A stretch of 64,000 nt of DNA from Schmidtea nova (taxonomy: Eukaryota). The notes beneath the pieces were generated by a model. That model worked only from the letters and a program-made list of their open reading frames with translations. It was not told the origin of the DNA and ran no database searches. Shown piece after piece: positions 1-13,401 of this stretch (position 1 is the stretch's first letter; each line of letters starts with the position of its first letter). The stretch covers positions 444,540,001 to 444,604,000 of the forward strand of contig CM097883.1 of NCBI GenBank assembly GCA_044892505.1, in the 5' to 3' direction. The position numbers and the translations under genes were made by a program.

Positions 1-38
1 AGAAAATTAGACATAAAATAAATAATGCAGATTTATAA

Positions 39-248
39 TTAAATATCACTTCTTCTAGCTCTTCGCATTTGTTGATGTAATCCTCTTTCAGTGTATCCAT
101 ATTTATTGACTCCGGTGAAACGGTGAATCTCTTGTAGACGGGATTATTTATTTGATTATTCTCCCTGCTACGCTGGTTTGACTGAGACCGCTGTTTAGGA
201 TGAGTTTCTGTGTAGCTATCTATGTGATGATGCATCTCATTTATATCC
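39..248 (-). other. Open 3' fragment of an unidentified ORF running out of the N run (DINEMHHHIDSYTETHPKQRSQ...KCEELEESDI*)
   Basis: 70 codons with no internal stop, from the edge of the N run to TAA at 39-41, in locally higher-GC sequence; no recognisable motif. Confidence 0.25.
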
Positions 249-859
249 ANNNNNNNNNNNNNNNNNNNNNNNNNNNNNNNNNNNNNNNNNNNNNNNNNNN
301 NNNNNNNNNNNNNNNNNNNNNNNNNNNNNNNNNNNNNNNNNNNNNNNNNNNNNNNNNNNNNNNNNNNNNNNNNNNNNNNNNNNNNNNNNNNNNNNNNNNN
401 NNNNNNNNNNNNNNNNNNNNNNNNNNNNNNNNNNNNNNNNNNNNNNNNNNNNNNNNNNNNNNNNNNNNNNNNNNNNNNNNNNNNNNNNNNNNNNNNNNNN
501 NNNNNNNNNNNNNNNNNNNNNNNNNNNNNNNNNNNNNNNNNNNNNNNNNNNNNNNNNNNNNNNNNNNNNNNNNNNNNNNNNNNNNNNNNNNNNNNNNNNN
601 NNNNNNNNNNNNNNNNNNNNNNNNNNNNNNNNNNNNNNNNNNNNNNNNNNNAAAAGCAATAACGACAAATCTTGCAATTTCATAAAACTATTTCATCAAA
701 AAATCGTGTTTACATTAATAGCAAATGCACAGTGATTTCAACCCAATTAACGGGATCATATGCATTTTACTGGCAACATCATATGTGGAGTGTTCAAATT
801 TAAATACATTTTTTAAAAATATTTTTCATTGCCTTTACCGTTTAGAAAATTGTTATTTT

Positions 860-1593
860 TATAATATATCAATTCGACTAGTGTATTTCGACGAAATAGC
901 AGTTTCCCAGAAGCCAAGCACGTCATGTGCAAATTGTGGATGTCTGTAAGAAAATAAATATCTTACAACTCCATTGATAATTTTCATTATTGCTGATCAA
1001 CCTGCATGCAACCGGTCATCTTGTATAAGAATTCTATATGGAAAGATGAGATGCTTCCGGAATTACTTACGTTTTTTGTTTAATAAAGGATATTTACTAT
1101 TCCCAAATCCTTAATAAACTTAATTTAGAAAAAGAGTACCGAAAGCTCGAAAATGGGATTGGGAACCAATGGGGTACAAATGTACCCGAAATTCAAATTG
1201 AACTAAGAGTCAATATAATACTAAAATTAATTTAGATATTCATTTTAGAGCAAGATCTGTGATTAAAATGCATTTATCGCCATCGCTTTTCCCGAAAACG
1301 CAGTGCAGCAAGAGGAAGTCAGTAGCAAAAGTAAATAATAAATTTAAAAGTTGATAAGATGAAATGTATTTAATTACATATTGCTGATCTGTTTTACTTG
1401 AATATATCAGATAAAATTATCGATATAATTATTATTTCTTAACATATTTTAATTTATTTTCGCGTTTCATTCATTGGGATATATTTATAGATTACAAAAA
1501 ATATCAGATGGACATCACTAATATTTAACAAATGGTTTAAATAACAAGAATTTTGGGCTACAAATGTACCCCACGTAGTGTCGTGAAGGTTAA
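860..1593 (+). mobile_element. Probable piggyBac-like relic, right end
   Basis: Ends ...GTGTCGTGAAGG|TTAA (TTAA at 1590-1593); two subterminal GG(G/C)TACAAATGTACCC motifs (~1172, ~1556); Cys-rich degraded coding (TSCANCGC ... CNRSSC ... RCFRNY) near 900-1070. No left end found. Confidence 0.4.
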
Positions 1594-2378
1594 GGACCAT
1601 GATTACACTGTTTATATTTATTATATCAGTAGGGAAACCTTTGATTAAGTAAAATCCCTAATTAGGATTTTTTACATAACTTTCATAAATTGTTAAAATA
1701 TTTTCATCAAGTGAGATTAAAAACACTATTAGCATTTTTAACCTCTGACGGTATAATTTTCCAATCCAGCTCTTGTAAATTCCTTGTAATCAAAACTACT
1801 GATTCAAAATCCACCATAACCAAAGCTATTTGTTACATTTTCTGCATAAATACAATTTGAATTAACGATATTTTAATTCTAATTTAACAAAAAAATGCGT
1901 TTTGTTGAAAAGTATATCTTAATTAGCTCTTTCTGGAAGGATCTTTTTAAGAAAAATAAATATTCGAAAATTTTAATTATCCGATTATATTTTATTAATT
2001 CAATGTTAACTTTGGCATGAAACACTTAAAAACAGTTTGGTACACATTTTGAACACTTCGAGTAAATTGTTTTTTGAATGATATATTTATCGTAAAAACT
2101 TTTATTCATATGCATATGCCTTCTTTTATTTTATCAATAACATATTAATGTTTGTTATCAAAAATAAAATTCTAATTAAGCTCTTTTAAAAAAGGTAATA
2201 TCGAAAAATTCCAATCCGTAGACGAATTAGAGTAAATAAAACTGAAATTTAGTCGTTCCCTTCTAAACGGATTAATAAATATTGCTGTCAACAATTTGAA
2301 ATCATATTTTGAAAATGTTTAATTAATATTAAATTTTAAAATTAAATTTTCAAAAAAATTTAATTTAAAAAAATTTTA

Positions 2379-3667
2379 CGTGGTGCGCCCAATAAGTCGT
2401 GAGACTAATATAGAAATAATAATAGTAAAAAAATTGATACAGGCATATTTAAACTTCAACATATATTTTATAAATTTATTTTGTTTTAATAATCCATTGT
2501 TGTTTAAGTATATTTTTGCGAACATTCGAAGAATCCCTCTGGAAACTATTCAATACTGTAGCGTTATTCGCTTTCTCTTTCTGAAAGGAAAAAATAGAGA
2601 AGAGGTTCTTTTTGAACTGAAAGCTGTTTACCAACAAGGGTGCCCATCCACAGCAACAATTTATCGTTGGTTCAATTACTTTCAGAGTGGTAGAACCTCC
2701 GTGGTGGACGAAGAAAGATCTGGAAGACCCTCACAAATTGATGAAAAAATAACGCAAAAGCTGCAGACTATCGTGCAAAAATCGAGAGAAAAATAACGAC
2801 GAGAGAGCTCACAACCCGTCTAAATGTGAGCAAAGGCACTGTGCATAATCTCCTCACTGAAAGTGGTATTCGAATACTATGTGCCCGTTTTGTGCCACGC
2901 TTCTTATCGGTGGAAATGGGACAACGACGCTTGGAATGCTGCTTGAAGAATCTGCAGATCAGGACCAATGTTGGAGACCGTTTCATTGATAATATCATCA
3001 CTGTGGACGAGACACTGTTGTCCCTTTATGTCCCTGAATCTAAAAGAGAGTCTCAAGAATGGAAACTGCCAGGAGAAAGCAGCTCATTGAAAATGCGGTC
3101 CTCAACTTGCCACCAAAAGGCTCTCATGCTGACGATGTTTTGGGACGCCAATGGCATTATTCTGACTGACTTTTCTGAATCCGGTGTAAAGATCAATAGT
3201 TCTTACTACTCCAACACCGTGCAGCAAGCAAGGAAGGCACGACGCAAGAGCAGAGTGTGTGATCTCTATTTCTTACACGATAATGCTCACATCCACACCA
3301 GCAGCGTTTCCATGGCCAAAATTGAGCGTTGCGGGCTCAATTTGCTTCCCCATCCACCATACAGCCCCGATTTGCCTCCCTCCGTTTTTTTTCCTGTTTA
3401 ACCATCTTAAGAAGCATCTGCGGAGCCAGGTGTTTGCCAACAAACATGATTTAAGAGCAGCCGTGGAGAGTTTTCTGGGAGAAAAGTCTCCAGAATTCTT
3501 CAAAAACGCCTTCAAAAACCTCGTTATTCGCTGCGAAAATTGTATCAGTGCAGAAGGAAATTATTTTGAGAAATGATGCCTATTTACCATGCTTGTTCTA
3601 AATACAGTTTTGTGTTGATATATTAAGTCTTTCTATTTTAGTCTCACGACTTATTGGGCGCACCACG
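2379..3667 (+). mobile_element. Full-length mariner (Tc1/mariner) DNA transposon, 1289 bp
   Basis: Perfect 30-bp TIRs CGTGGTGCGCCCAATAAGTCGTGAGACTAA; TA on both sides (2377-78, 3668-69); transposase inside. Confidence 0.97.
2533..3576 (+). pseudogene. Mariner transposase, disrupted by two frameshifts
   Basis: HTH (SVIRFLFLKG...IYRWF...ERSGRP), TVDET, LHDNA, HPPYSPDLPPSVF (third catalytic D replaced by V), GNYFEK*; split over ORFs 2380-2796, 2826-3401 and 3259-3576. Confidence 0.93.
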
Positions 3668-3955
3668 TACTTTTAACATATCCTGCTTAAAACATGTGGA
3701 GTTTGCAATGTTAAAATAATTGAAAACCAAAACAACTTTTTAAAAATTTTTAAGGAACCCAATTTTGGAAATGCTAGCCTATACGATGATCCGCCCCTGA
3801 TAGTAAATTGTTTTCCGTTCAAGCACTTAAAATGTCTTCTAAGAATCCAAATGGATCCTGAAGGTCAATTTCACCAAAGAAATTTTCAACTCGGTTTACT
3901 ACAACAATCCATGTAACGAAAACTTTGTTTTCCGTCTGATTAGCTCCTATCCACT

Positions 3956-3956
3956 T

Positions 3957-4020
<64 letters not shown>
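3956..4020. repeat. (TA)n(TG)n compound microsatellite
   Basis: Seen directly. Confidence 0.95.
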
Positions 4021-4026
<6 letters not shown>

Positions 4027-7000
4027 TGGTTGTTTAACCATACAAGGAAAGATTAACATTGTCATAGATATGTATGCCAAATCTAAATCATTTGATAAGT
4101 CACTAATTTAATAAATAAAAAAGTGAATATTCGCGATGATTCACATGTGATACAAAAACAGTAATATTGAAAAATTCTTCAAAAGTTCTAGAAAAAAGAA
4201 AATTCGTTCAAAGTAAAACGCAGTTATTCAATAATTACGAAAATAATATTCCTCAGGCAGAAATCCATTTCAATAAAAAGTGAAAGCACATCAAAGGAAA
4301 AAGGAAACCTAATTAAGCATAATATTTTCTACATTGATCGCCTTATTAAAATGATATTTTCTACTAGGATTTAGCGATGGAATATTTCCTATTCAATATC
4401 ACATTAGTGAAACCTAGCTGTTAAATCAGAGTTATTTTCTCTCAGATTCACTCGAATTGTCATTGACAAACTGAGAAATTACCTTTTCACTTCTGGTATT
4501 TGTGAATTATTTCTCGATTTTCTACCAATAAATAAATCTAGAATACCGCCTGTTTCATGAGTGGCAATTCTTACGTTTTTCTTTTCCATTGGAAATGGTT
4601 ATCAAAATAACAAAGAAACCTACGTATATTACCTTTGATGGACACCGATTACTGCCGCTTTATACGTCCGACGTGCGCCTTTTTTTGTTTATGACACATA
4701 TATTTCGTAGCACGAGAAAACGAAAGAATAAAAATTAGTAATTTAACTTTATGATTTTCCAACAACGTTTCATTTATACATCATTTCCAAATCCAATCTG
4801 TTATAAGTAGAAAACTGTGTACACATCCCAATGCATGCACACATACTTACTAGTAAAATGCAGTGATAATTGCAGGAGAGCCCAAGAAATGGAAATTAAA
4901 TTCACCTGGATCTATGTATACCTATCAAACTTACAAATATTCACTCAACTATTTTTTACTGTTTCCAATCAATTACAAAAAGGTAACATGAGTGTAACGT
5001 ACAATTTTTCTTCTTTAATCAAATTCAACTTGGAAAGAGTATATGTCAAACTTTTCTTCTCAAATGTGTATCATGTTGAAAAAAAACTTTTTTTACAGTT
5101 GACAAAAGGAGAACAGTATATTAATAATCAGAGAAATGTATAAAAAAACCCATGCCTTAAAAATAACTCAAACCAATTATAAAATCTCGATTTCCTGAAA
5201 GATTATGACAGCTCATTATTTATATCCAATTTCTCGTTTATTTATTTTTTTCCATTTGATTTTTCAACATAAATTATTCCCTAATCAAGATTTACCAAAT
5301 GGGCTTTTTCACTTTATTGAAATTAAATGCTATCATTGATAATATTCTAGATATTTATCATATTCAATTATTTCATAGAAAATAATATTTGTAACCTTTG
5401 TATTTTTGGAATGCACTATTAAATGAAGGAACAAAACACAACCGTCCATTCACGTAACTAGAATAGGGGAGCAAAGCACTCTGTCCGGTGCAAATATATA
5501 AAGGATACAGAGCAAATTTTTGTTATTTTTCAGTTTAGTGAAAAACTTTTTGCGTACTTTTTATTTGTATTTTGATGACATACAAGAGGCTCTGTTCATG
5601 TTATTTGGAATTACCATTGTTGGACGCCAGTTATCAATATTTTCGTTTTCATACTAAGAACAACGGTTTATACGGCAGTGTGACAACTATTTGTTTTCCA
5701 TTCTCAAGTCCATGTTATGTTAGAAAAAAGGAAGTAAAAAAGACGAATATGCCGGGTGTAAAATAAATTGAATAAATTTTTTTTTTGTGATTTTTTAGTA
5801 TTTGTAATTTTATTTGATTTATGAAATATTTTTTATATACAAGTATTAAATTCGCTAATTGTTTTGTAGGATTTCTGTATCATATGCTTTGTATATTAGT
5901 AGATGTTTGGCTACATCTATATAGTAATTTTTATTTTATTTGTGATTTATTATTGTCTAAAATTAAATTCTCATATAACAATCTCTTTCTCTCATGCATA
6001 CTCTCTCTCTCTCTCTATCTGGCTCGTTTCGTCTCTCTCTGTCTCTGGTCACTGAATTCAGGGGGTCTCCAAAATATAGCCAGCAACACGATTGAAAATT
6101 ATACAAGACGATTAAAAAGTTTATTCCGTACTTTTATGTAGGCCAATAAAAATAATTTCCTATTACAAAATCTATTAAATTGCGGGTCTAATAAATTGCT
6201 TAGCACTTTTTGACCTTATTATTATATTTTAATAAACTCTGCTAAAGGCAAAATAATATACTTTAAAATCTAATACAATAATGACCGGTCCTTATGTTTG
6301 GTATAATTCCTCTTTCGACTTATCTCAGATTGAAATATTTTATCACTAGAAAATAAATTTTTTATTTTATTTTAGATCAATAAAATTTTTATAAACAATT
6401 TTTTATTTGTTTTAAGTACATAGGGGGCCACATATACTATCTGACCTGTTCTTTGTTCTAGTTTAATAGTTAAAAGTAGCCAAAAAATTATATAAAAATT
6501 GTCTAATTTTTTCAGTGTAGGGTGAAGAGAGTACAATATAGATTTGCTAGTGGCAAAATACGGTGCTGCAGCCGTCTTCGTATTTGCCAATGGAGAAAGC
6601 TTGTAGAATGTAACGAAAAGTTTATTAATTTTAGAATATAAAAAATTTGAATAACTTGGACTATTCCAGCAAACATGGACGCCATTATAAAATGTAACAT
6701 TTCCCAATTGAATTTGGCTAATAGAGATATCGGATTATGAACTCTCTTATAGACAGATGCATATGTGCTTATTAATGTATTCGTAATATTAAAGTTTAAT
6801 ATTATCCATGCCAGATTGGCAAGCTTATAGATAGTAAAGTTATTTTCTTTAAAAAAATTTTGCAAAAAAATGATTGGGGAAAGATAATTACAAATTTCAA
6901 ATTTAACCAATTAAACGAAACTGTTTAATTTCGTTATTTGGATTCGATTTAGAATTATAAATATAGCATCATTACAGACAAAAAAGCAGCTCCAATGACG

Positions 7001-8884
7001 AAAAAGAAAGATCCACAGTCCAGATTAGGCCTGTCGTTCTGTTTGAAGCGTATATGAAAAATGAATACTTAAAATAAAAAATTCAAATACTATATAATTC
7101 TATTAAGTTTAAAATTTCGGGATTGAAAATACTATATAAAGTAAGCAAAAAGACTCAGGCTTATGCATAGAGTTAAATAAATAAAGTTTTAAGTAGAAAA
7201 AAGTCTAATTATAAAAAATCAGTAGTAAAATCAGTGACGAAAATTAAAATATTAATATTAAAAAATTAAAATTTGGTCTAATCAGAGTTTTTAACAGTTT
7301 CAGTTTTTAAACTCCAATTTGTCAAAAGTTTGGAATATTTTAACTTTACTTTTTTTAAGAGTTTTGATGCCAAAAATCATTAGGTTATTGATAAAATAAA
7401 AAAAGCCAATGTATTGCCGTTTTAATTTTATATGAATATTTTTATGGGTAGTTTTATACGTGCAGAGTGCGATATTGGAACGTGCATACGAAACTGTTTC
7501 AAGTGTTTCATACCAAAAACAAATTAATAAAATATAATCAAAAGTTAAAACTTTTCAAACTTTTATTTTTTTAAAGAAAATCTCGTTTGCAAAAGGGTAC
7601 AAAAATTACGAAAATTTCTAATTTTTTTATTTAGTTTATTTATAAATTTTTCGATTTTATGTTAATTATTGGAATTATCTCATACTAAAAGAAAGTTATT
7701 TTTAATAAAATAAAAAATACTTCTTTTCTTTATTTGATGCTACATTTCTATAGATATTACAGACGATTTCCAAGCTAAATTAAAAAAGTTTTCTTTATCC
7801 TCCTTTCCCTATGTCATTTTTCTTTTGTGTTTAAACTAAAATCTTGAAAAATAATTAAATATCTTAATTTGAAATTCCAAAAAGTTAAGATTTTTAAGTA
7901 TAATTTTCGAATAAAGGTAATGTCGAAACCATCTGTACATGGGAAATTCTTAAATTTTGTTTCATTTTGAATTATTTCCATTTTATTTTTTTCAAACAAA
8001 CATTAATTTTGAAATTATTATTATAATGTCTGTCGAGCTTGTGAATTTCGCTAAACTACTTCGTTTTTCACATTTCTTCATACCTTTTTTTTGAAAACTT
8101 CAAGTAATTGCACTTCAAGTAATTATACTTTATTAATGAATTAATTTGGTATTATTATAGATGAACTTCAAATTTTACAAGCCACTGTATAGCTCATTAT
8201 TTCAATAATTTTAGAAATGTTATTATTAAATAAAAACATTCTAATCCTCCATTTATGGCTTTCCAATAATAGTTTATTATATAAATTCTCCAAAGTAAGA
8301 TTATTGATTTAATAAAATTTGTATAATTATTGCATAAATATAAAAATCAATTTATAATAAAATACACAATTGATAATATGCACATACTGAATAACAGTGA
8401 TCCTGGTTTTGAAATGCTTCATGGTGCTGCTTTTCATAACACAGTATTGGCAATGTCTTTCTGTCATTTGCCATTTTTGAACTGGAAAGTTTTCTTTCAT
8501 TTAATGGTTGCATTTGATATTTATTTTTTCTTTTGTTAAAAATATTTAAATAAAATTCGATAATTTCGAATTTTTAAATGATATTTTGCTACTACACATT
8601 TGCGATTCAACTTAAGTATTAAAACAAATGTTTGGAAATGAATTAAAGTTTTTATTTTATTTAATTAAACTTAAGTATTTTAAAAAATTTCGATTCTTTA
8701 AATATTTAATATGAACCCTAAATCCGAATTAACAAACGTTATCTATGAAATATTAAAATTATTGACTTTAATTTTAATTTTTATATTTCAAACAGTAAGG
8801 AATAATATTGTTGGGTTATTTTAATTTGTTTGAAGATCGGTTCGAATATCTAACTCCTCGTGTCCTTTATATTTAAATCAAATT

Positions 8885-9150
8885 AATTTAAATTAAAATC
8901 TTGCCCACATCAGTTTGTAAATTTTGAGGTTTTCCATCCGCAAATAATGTTTTTATAGCTTCAGCCATTTCATTTGCAGATTTAGTTTTTGTTGGAACTG
9001 CAAGTGCATAGCGACTAAACACGACAATACAAGTCAAAATATACTTGTTTCCATTAATTACTTTTGAAAAATACATCATTGCCATTAAATCCATTCACCA
9101 TAAATTTTCAACATTATTGTTTTATAACTACGTGTAGGAAATAGTTGGGC
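8885..9150 (-). pseudogene. Polinton/Maverick-type retroviral-like integrase (rve) fragment
   Basis: FPTRSY..NNVENLW*MDLMAMMYFSKVINGNKYILTCIVVFSRYALAVPTKTKSANEMAEAIKTLFADGKPQNLQTDVGK matches the W-Q-x-D-L...YKYILTCIDVFSxYAxAVPxKxK...PxxLQTDxG pattern of Polinton integrases; truncated after the second catalytic D. Confidence 0.8.
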
Positions 9151-10501
9151 AGAAACTAAGAGTTGTTTAAATGAAGCGGTAACATAGCACGTAGAAAGTG
9201 CGCAAGAAGGTAATTTAAAATTCTATGAGCCAAAACATCAAGTAAAACAGAATAATTACAAAACACTGAAATAATTAAATAAAGCACGTTTAAAAATTAA
9301 AATGAACAAAAATGCATTGAGTATACACAAGTGAAAAATAAATATATAACATAAAAACATCAATTATGTAATAAAATTACAAATTAGGAAAAATTTAAAT
9401 AATTTTGGAAAGAAAATTTCGAATTAATCTTAAAAATTCATAAAATTATGAAAGAAAATTATTTTTGTTAAAATTTAGCAAAGTAAATTAATTTAGGAAA
9501 AACTTTAATTCAAAAGTAAAATTTTTGATTAAAAATAAACTATTTAAAGTTTTATTAAAAGTCTATGCAAAATATTAATTTGGTTTTTAGTAAAATTGTT
9601 AAAATTAATTTTGGAAAAGTCGAAAATTCCTTCTAGAACAATTTGTTTTACTGCACCAATGGACACAACACACAGAACATCCTATATATACCGCCATCAG
9701 AATCAAAACCGTCAGAATTTGCGTCAGAATTTGCGTCAGAATTTGCTCGAAAATTTTGAGAAATTTCTGCGAAAGTGAGATTATGAAAGTTTTTACAAAA
9801 CCAATTGGGAAAAAATGATAAAGACGAACCCCTCGAAAAGTTCCAGAAACAATCAGTTTTCGACTTGCAGATTTCGGGGGTTTTGCAAAAATTCCAAGAC
9901 ACGCATGGGAGAATCTCGAATTTTTTCTATTATGCAGGCTAGTGAGTCATGCCCTCATTGCCCTCCCGTTGGTATTTTAATTGAACTTTCAGTGTGAATA
10001 TTGGTAATGCGTTATTATACGATTTAATATTTTATTCATGATTTTGTTTCTGGAATTATAATTTTTCTATTTAAATTTTCATTTTCGTTTTTGTCATATT
10101 TTCTCGCAATACTAATCTCATTTTATTGTTATTTATTTATTTAATCATATGCATATCTATATTTTTTTATTAAAACCACTTCCATACATTCTGACATCAG
10201 TCCGGCCTCGAGCTGTACTGATGGAAGTAGCCTAGGTGGATCGCTGTTCGGTTACTCACTGGTCAGCCCATATTTCTGCTATAGATGAAACCCACACATC
10301 CATGATCCTTTCATCCCATACATTGTTGTTGGGGAACAGTGGCTTGGCCAAGGGAAAATATTTTTCAAATTAATTTAACTTCTAGAATCCTATTACATTT
10401 TTATTAAAGTGCGATACGGTATTCAAAAACGCAAATGAATATTTTATTTATAGTATTGTATTTATTTATTATAGTATTTATTTATTATAGTATTGTATGT
10501 T

Positions 10502-10557
10502 ATTGTTTATAAAAAAAAATTTTGATCTATAGTCATTATGAGAATTATTGATAATAA
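10502..10557. mobile_element. Half copy of the hairpin MITE at 49074-49191
   Basis: ATTGTTTATAAAAAAAAATTTTGATCTATAGTCATTATGAGAATTATTGATAATAAT matches the right arm of the 49.1-kb palindrome. Confidence 0.8.
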
Positions 10558-11476
10558 TATTGTATTTATATTTATATCAAATTATATAACTCTTATAACT
10601 ACATAAAAATTCGGACATAATAAAAATAAATCGAAAATATACATTAATCTCGTAAATTGCCTTCGCGCAATGAACGTCGTCTTTACCTCGCTATGAAAGA
10701 AATATAAAAGTCCTTTAAGAAGTTGAATGTATTAAAAGCTCTTAAATAGCAACTCAATGGGTAATAAAAATGCCTATATTGTATTATACTTTCAGATTTT
10801 ACTCGATGTTATTCCATTGAATTTCGCTTCAAAATCACAACCATTAATAATAAAAACTTCTGAACATTTTATCACAAAACTTTTAACATTCGAAACTTCC
10901 AAAAGAAATCTTTTGAAATTTTATAAATATTTTCATCAAAGAATTCACATATGATCGAATCTCATTCTTATAAAAATAAATTTTAGTTTTGTGAATAATT
11001 ATGTAAAAATTTTGATTGAATTATTAGAATGTAAAAATTATAAATTTTATTATTATATAAATATTTAGAATTTTAAATTTATAAATATTATAACTTTTAT
11101 TTTACTTCTAAAATTATTTTATATATTTATTTTATTAAATACCCCTCACAAATTACGAAATAATTATATTTGTAAATAAATGCATCCATATCATTCATTA
11201 ACACATTAAATTTATTCATCTATTAATACACATATACTACATCATTTCATTCAATAAGACCTATCAGCATAACACATTCAAAAAATCTCCACAAGCACAC
11301 ACAATCACATCCATTATTGAATTACCTATTTTATTCAATATCATCTCATACATGCAATCACTACAATGAAAAATCCATAAAAAATCTATAAAAGTATATA
11401 CACATATCAACTTGCAATCACTACACCCCACATCACCAATTCATTTTAAATCACAACATCATATTATATATATAGT

Positions 11477-13401
11477 TGTGAATGCTATATAATTTTATCA
11501 GTTTTTTTGTTATTATCTTTATTGTTGATAGTACGTATTTTGTTACCACTCTGATCATGGTGGGCGTCCGTGTGGACATCGTTTAATCTCCTATGTTTAT
11601 TATATTATAATAACAATGAAATTTAAAATAATAAAAAAATTCAAATGAAATAGAAAATAAATCAATCCAAAAAATTGATTAAAAAAATAACGAAGGATAA
11701 ATTAAAAAATTAGAAAAAAACCTAAAACAATACTATTGCCCAAATTAAACATTGTAAATGCTCAACCGGCCTAAGCCAAACACAAGAAATCAAAACCAAA
11801 ACTTTCACAACAATAAAAACAAAGAAACTGGAAATAGACAAAAATTCTGGAAACCAGAAATCAGACTAGCAAATCAAGAATTTTGTTACTTCCTTAACAA
11901 ATTTGGAGAAAAGGCATTCAAATGCACAAAATCATGCAGATATAACGAAAAAAACTCAGAAAATTGAAAAGTTTGCCATTAGTTGCTCCTACATTTGACG
12001 AAACAAATACAAAAAACTGGAAACATTGCCAGTAGTCGCACACACATTTGGTGACAAAAATAATGCATTTATGGTGCAATCAAACGACACAGAATTTCTA
12101 ATTGACACTGGTTCTGTGATCTCCTTATTACCCCATTACCTGCACAAAAACTCAAAAAACGCAGAAAAACATTTAACCGCAGCCTATGGCACAAACATAA
12201 AAACATTTGGTGAACACACCCTAACTTTAACATTTAACTCAAAGAAATACAGCTGGACATTCTTAATCTCTGATGTTCAACAAGCAATAATAGGAGCTGA
12301 CTTCCTAGCACACTACAACCTCACAGTAGACTGCCGAAATAAAACACTAACCGAAAACACAAGTACAAACAAAGAAACCGTCAAAACCAAGGCGACAACC
12401 AATTGAAAAATAGACATTGGTGTAATCCAAATGGGTCCAACAAACAACAAATCAAAACAAAACCTGAATCATGGCCCAGAAATAAACACACTATTGGAGA
12501 AAGCCGACAACCTTATCGCACCAGTAACTTTCGACGAGAAAGCAAACATAAAAAACAACGAAGAAATAAACAAACAAATAACAACTAAAAACAGTGAGAA
12601 TATCGAAAACAAATTAAAAGGAATACTAAAAATGAGACTAAACTCAGAGAAGGATGGCAAGATAATACTAACAACTGATTACCTACTAATAAAGAAGCCT
12701 TGCACAAAAGGTTCCGAAGACAAATACGAAGGCCCATTCAAATTACTTGAAATTACCAAAAACGTGGCCACAATAATAAAAAACAACAACAAAATAAGAA
12801 TAAATATACGTAGAACAAAACCATATCACCACAATCAACAACTTCCATACAGGCCCCAATGCAACCCTTCACACAACGAAACCCAAACAAAAAAAAGCAC
12901 ATAACATTCAACAGCAGAAACACAATAAAAGAATTTGATAAAAACGCGATAATCACCCCATACAAAAAGCTATACAGCCAATGCCTCAAACAACACAACA
13001 CTACATAGCAGGCAAACATATGATCGTTGTATATTTTTATATTTTTGTCGAGAGTTGTCAAACAAAATACAGAAAACATACGACACAACATAGAACACAA
13101 ATCTAAATATGTACAGAACACGTTATTTTGTAAATAGTGTAACCTCCGGTTTTAAAGGGGGAAGTTATGTGAATGTGTATAATTTTATCAGTTTTTTTTG
13201 TTATTATCTTTATTGTTGATAGTACGTATTTTGTTACCGCTCTGATCATGGTGGGCGTCCGTGTGGACATCGTTTAATCCCCCTATGTTTATTATATTAT
13301 AATAACAATGAAATTTAAAATAATAAAAAAATTCAAATGAAATAGAAAATAAATCAATCTAAAAAATTGATTAAAAAAATAACGAAGGATAAATTAAAAA
13401 A
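11477..13401 (+). mobile_element. Internally deleted Ty3/Gypsy LTR retrotransposon (~1.9 kb, non-autonomous)
   Basis: ~233-bp direct repeats at 11477-11709 and 13168-13401 starting TGTGAATG; PPT AAAGGGGGAAG at 13154-13164; interior keeps the gag Zn knuckle (CYFLNKFGEKAFKCTKSC), protease (FLIDTGS...IIGADFL) and integrase tail (YEGPF...INIRRTKPY) but no RT, RNase H or integrase core. Confidence 0.88.
11758..12406 (+). pseudogene. Gypsy gag C-terminus plus aspartic protease remnant
   Basis: ORFs 11758-11967 and 12026-12406; DTGS active-site motif. Confidence 0.85.

Noticed and set aside
200-685. Long ORFs in the supplied track crossing N runs (also ~17.6-18.0, 26.2-27.3, 38.9-39.6, 43.1-43.6 and 44.9-45.1 kb)
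   Set aside because: They are open only because N codons are not stops; the content of the runs is unknown
12753-13121. Antisense ORFs over the Gypsy copies (e.g. 12753-13121, 20357-20806, 52656-53027, 54670-55041)
   Set aside because: Shadow frames caused by the extreme A-richness of the Gypsy sense strand
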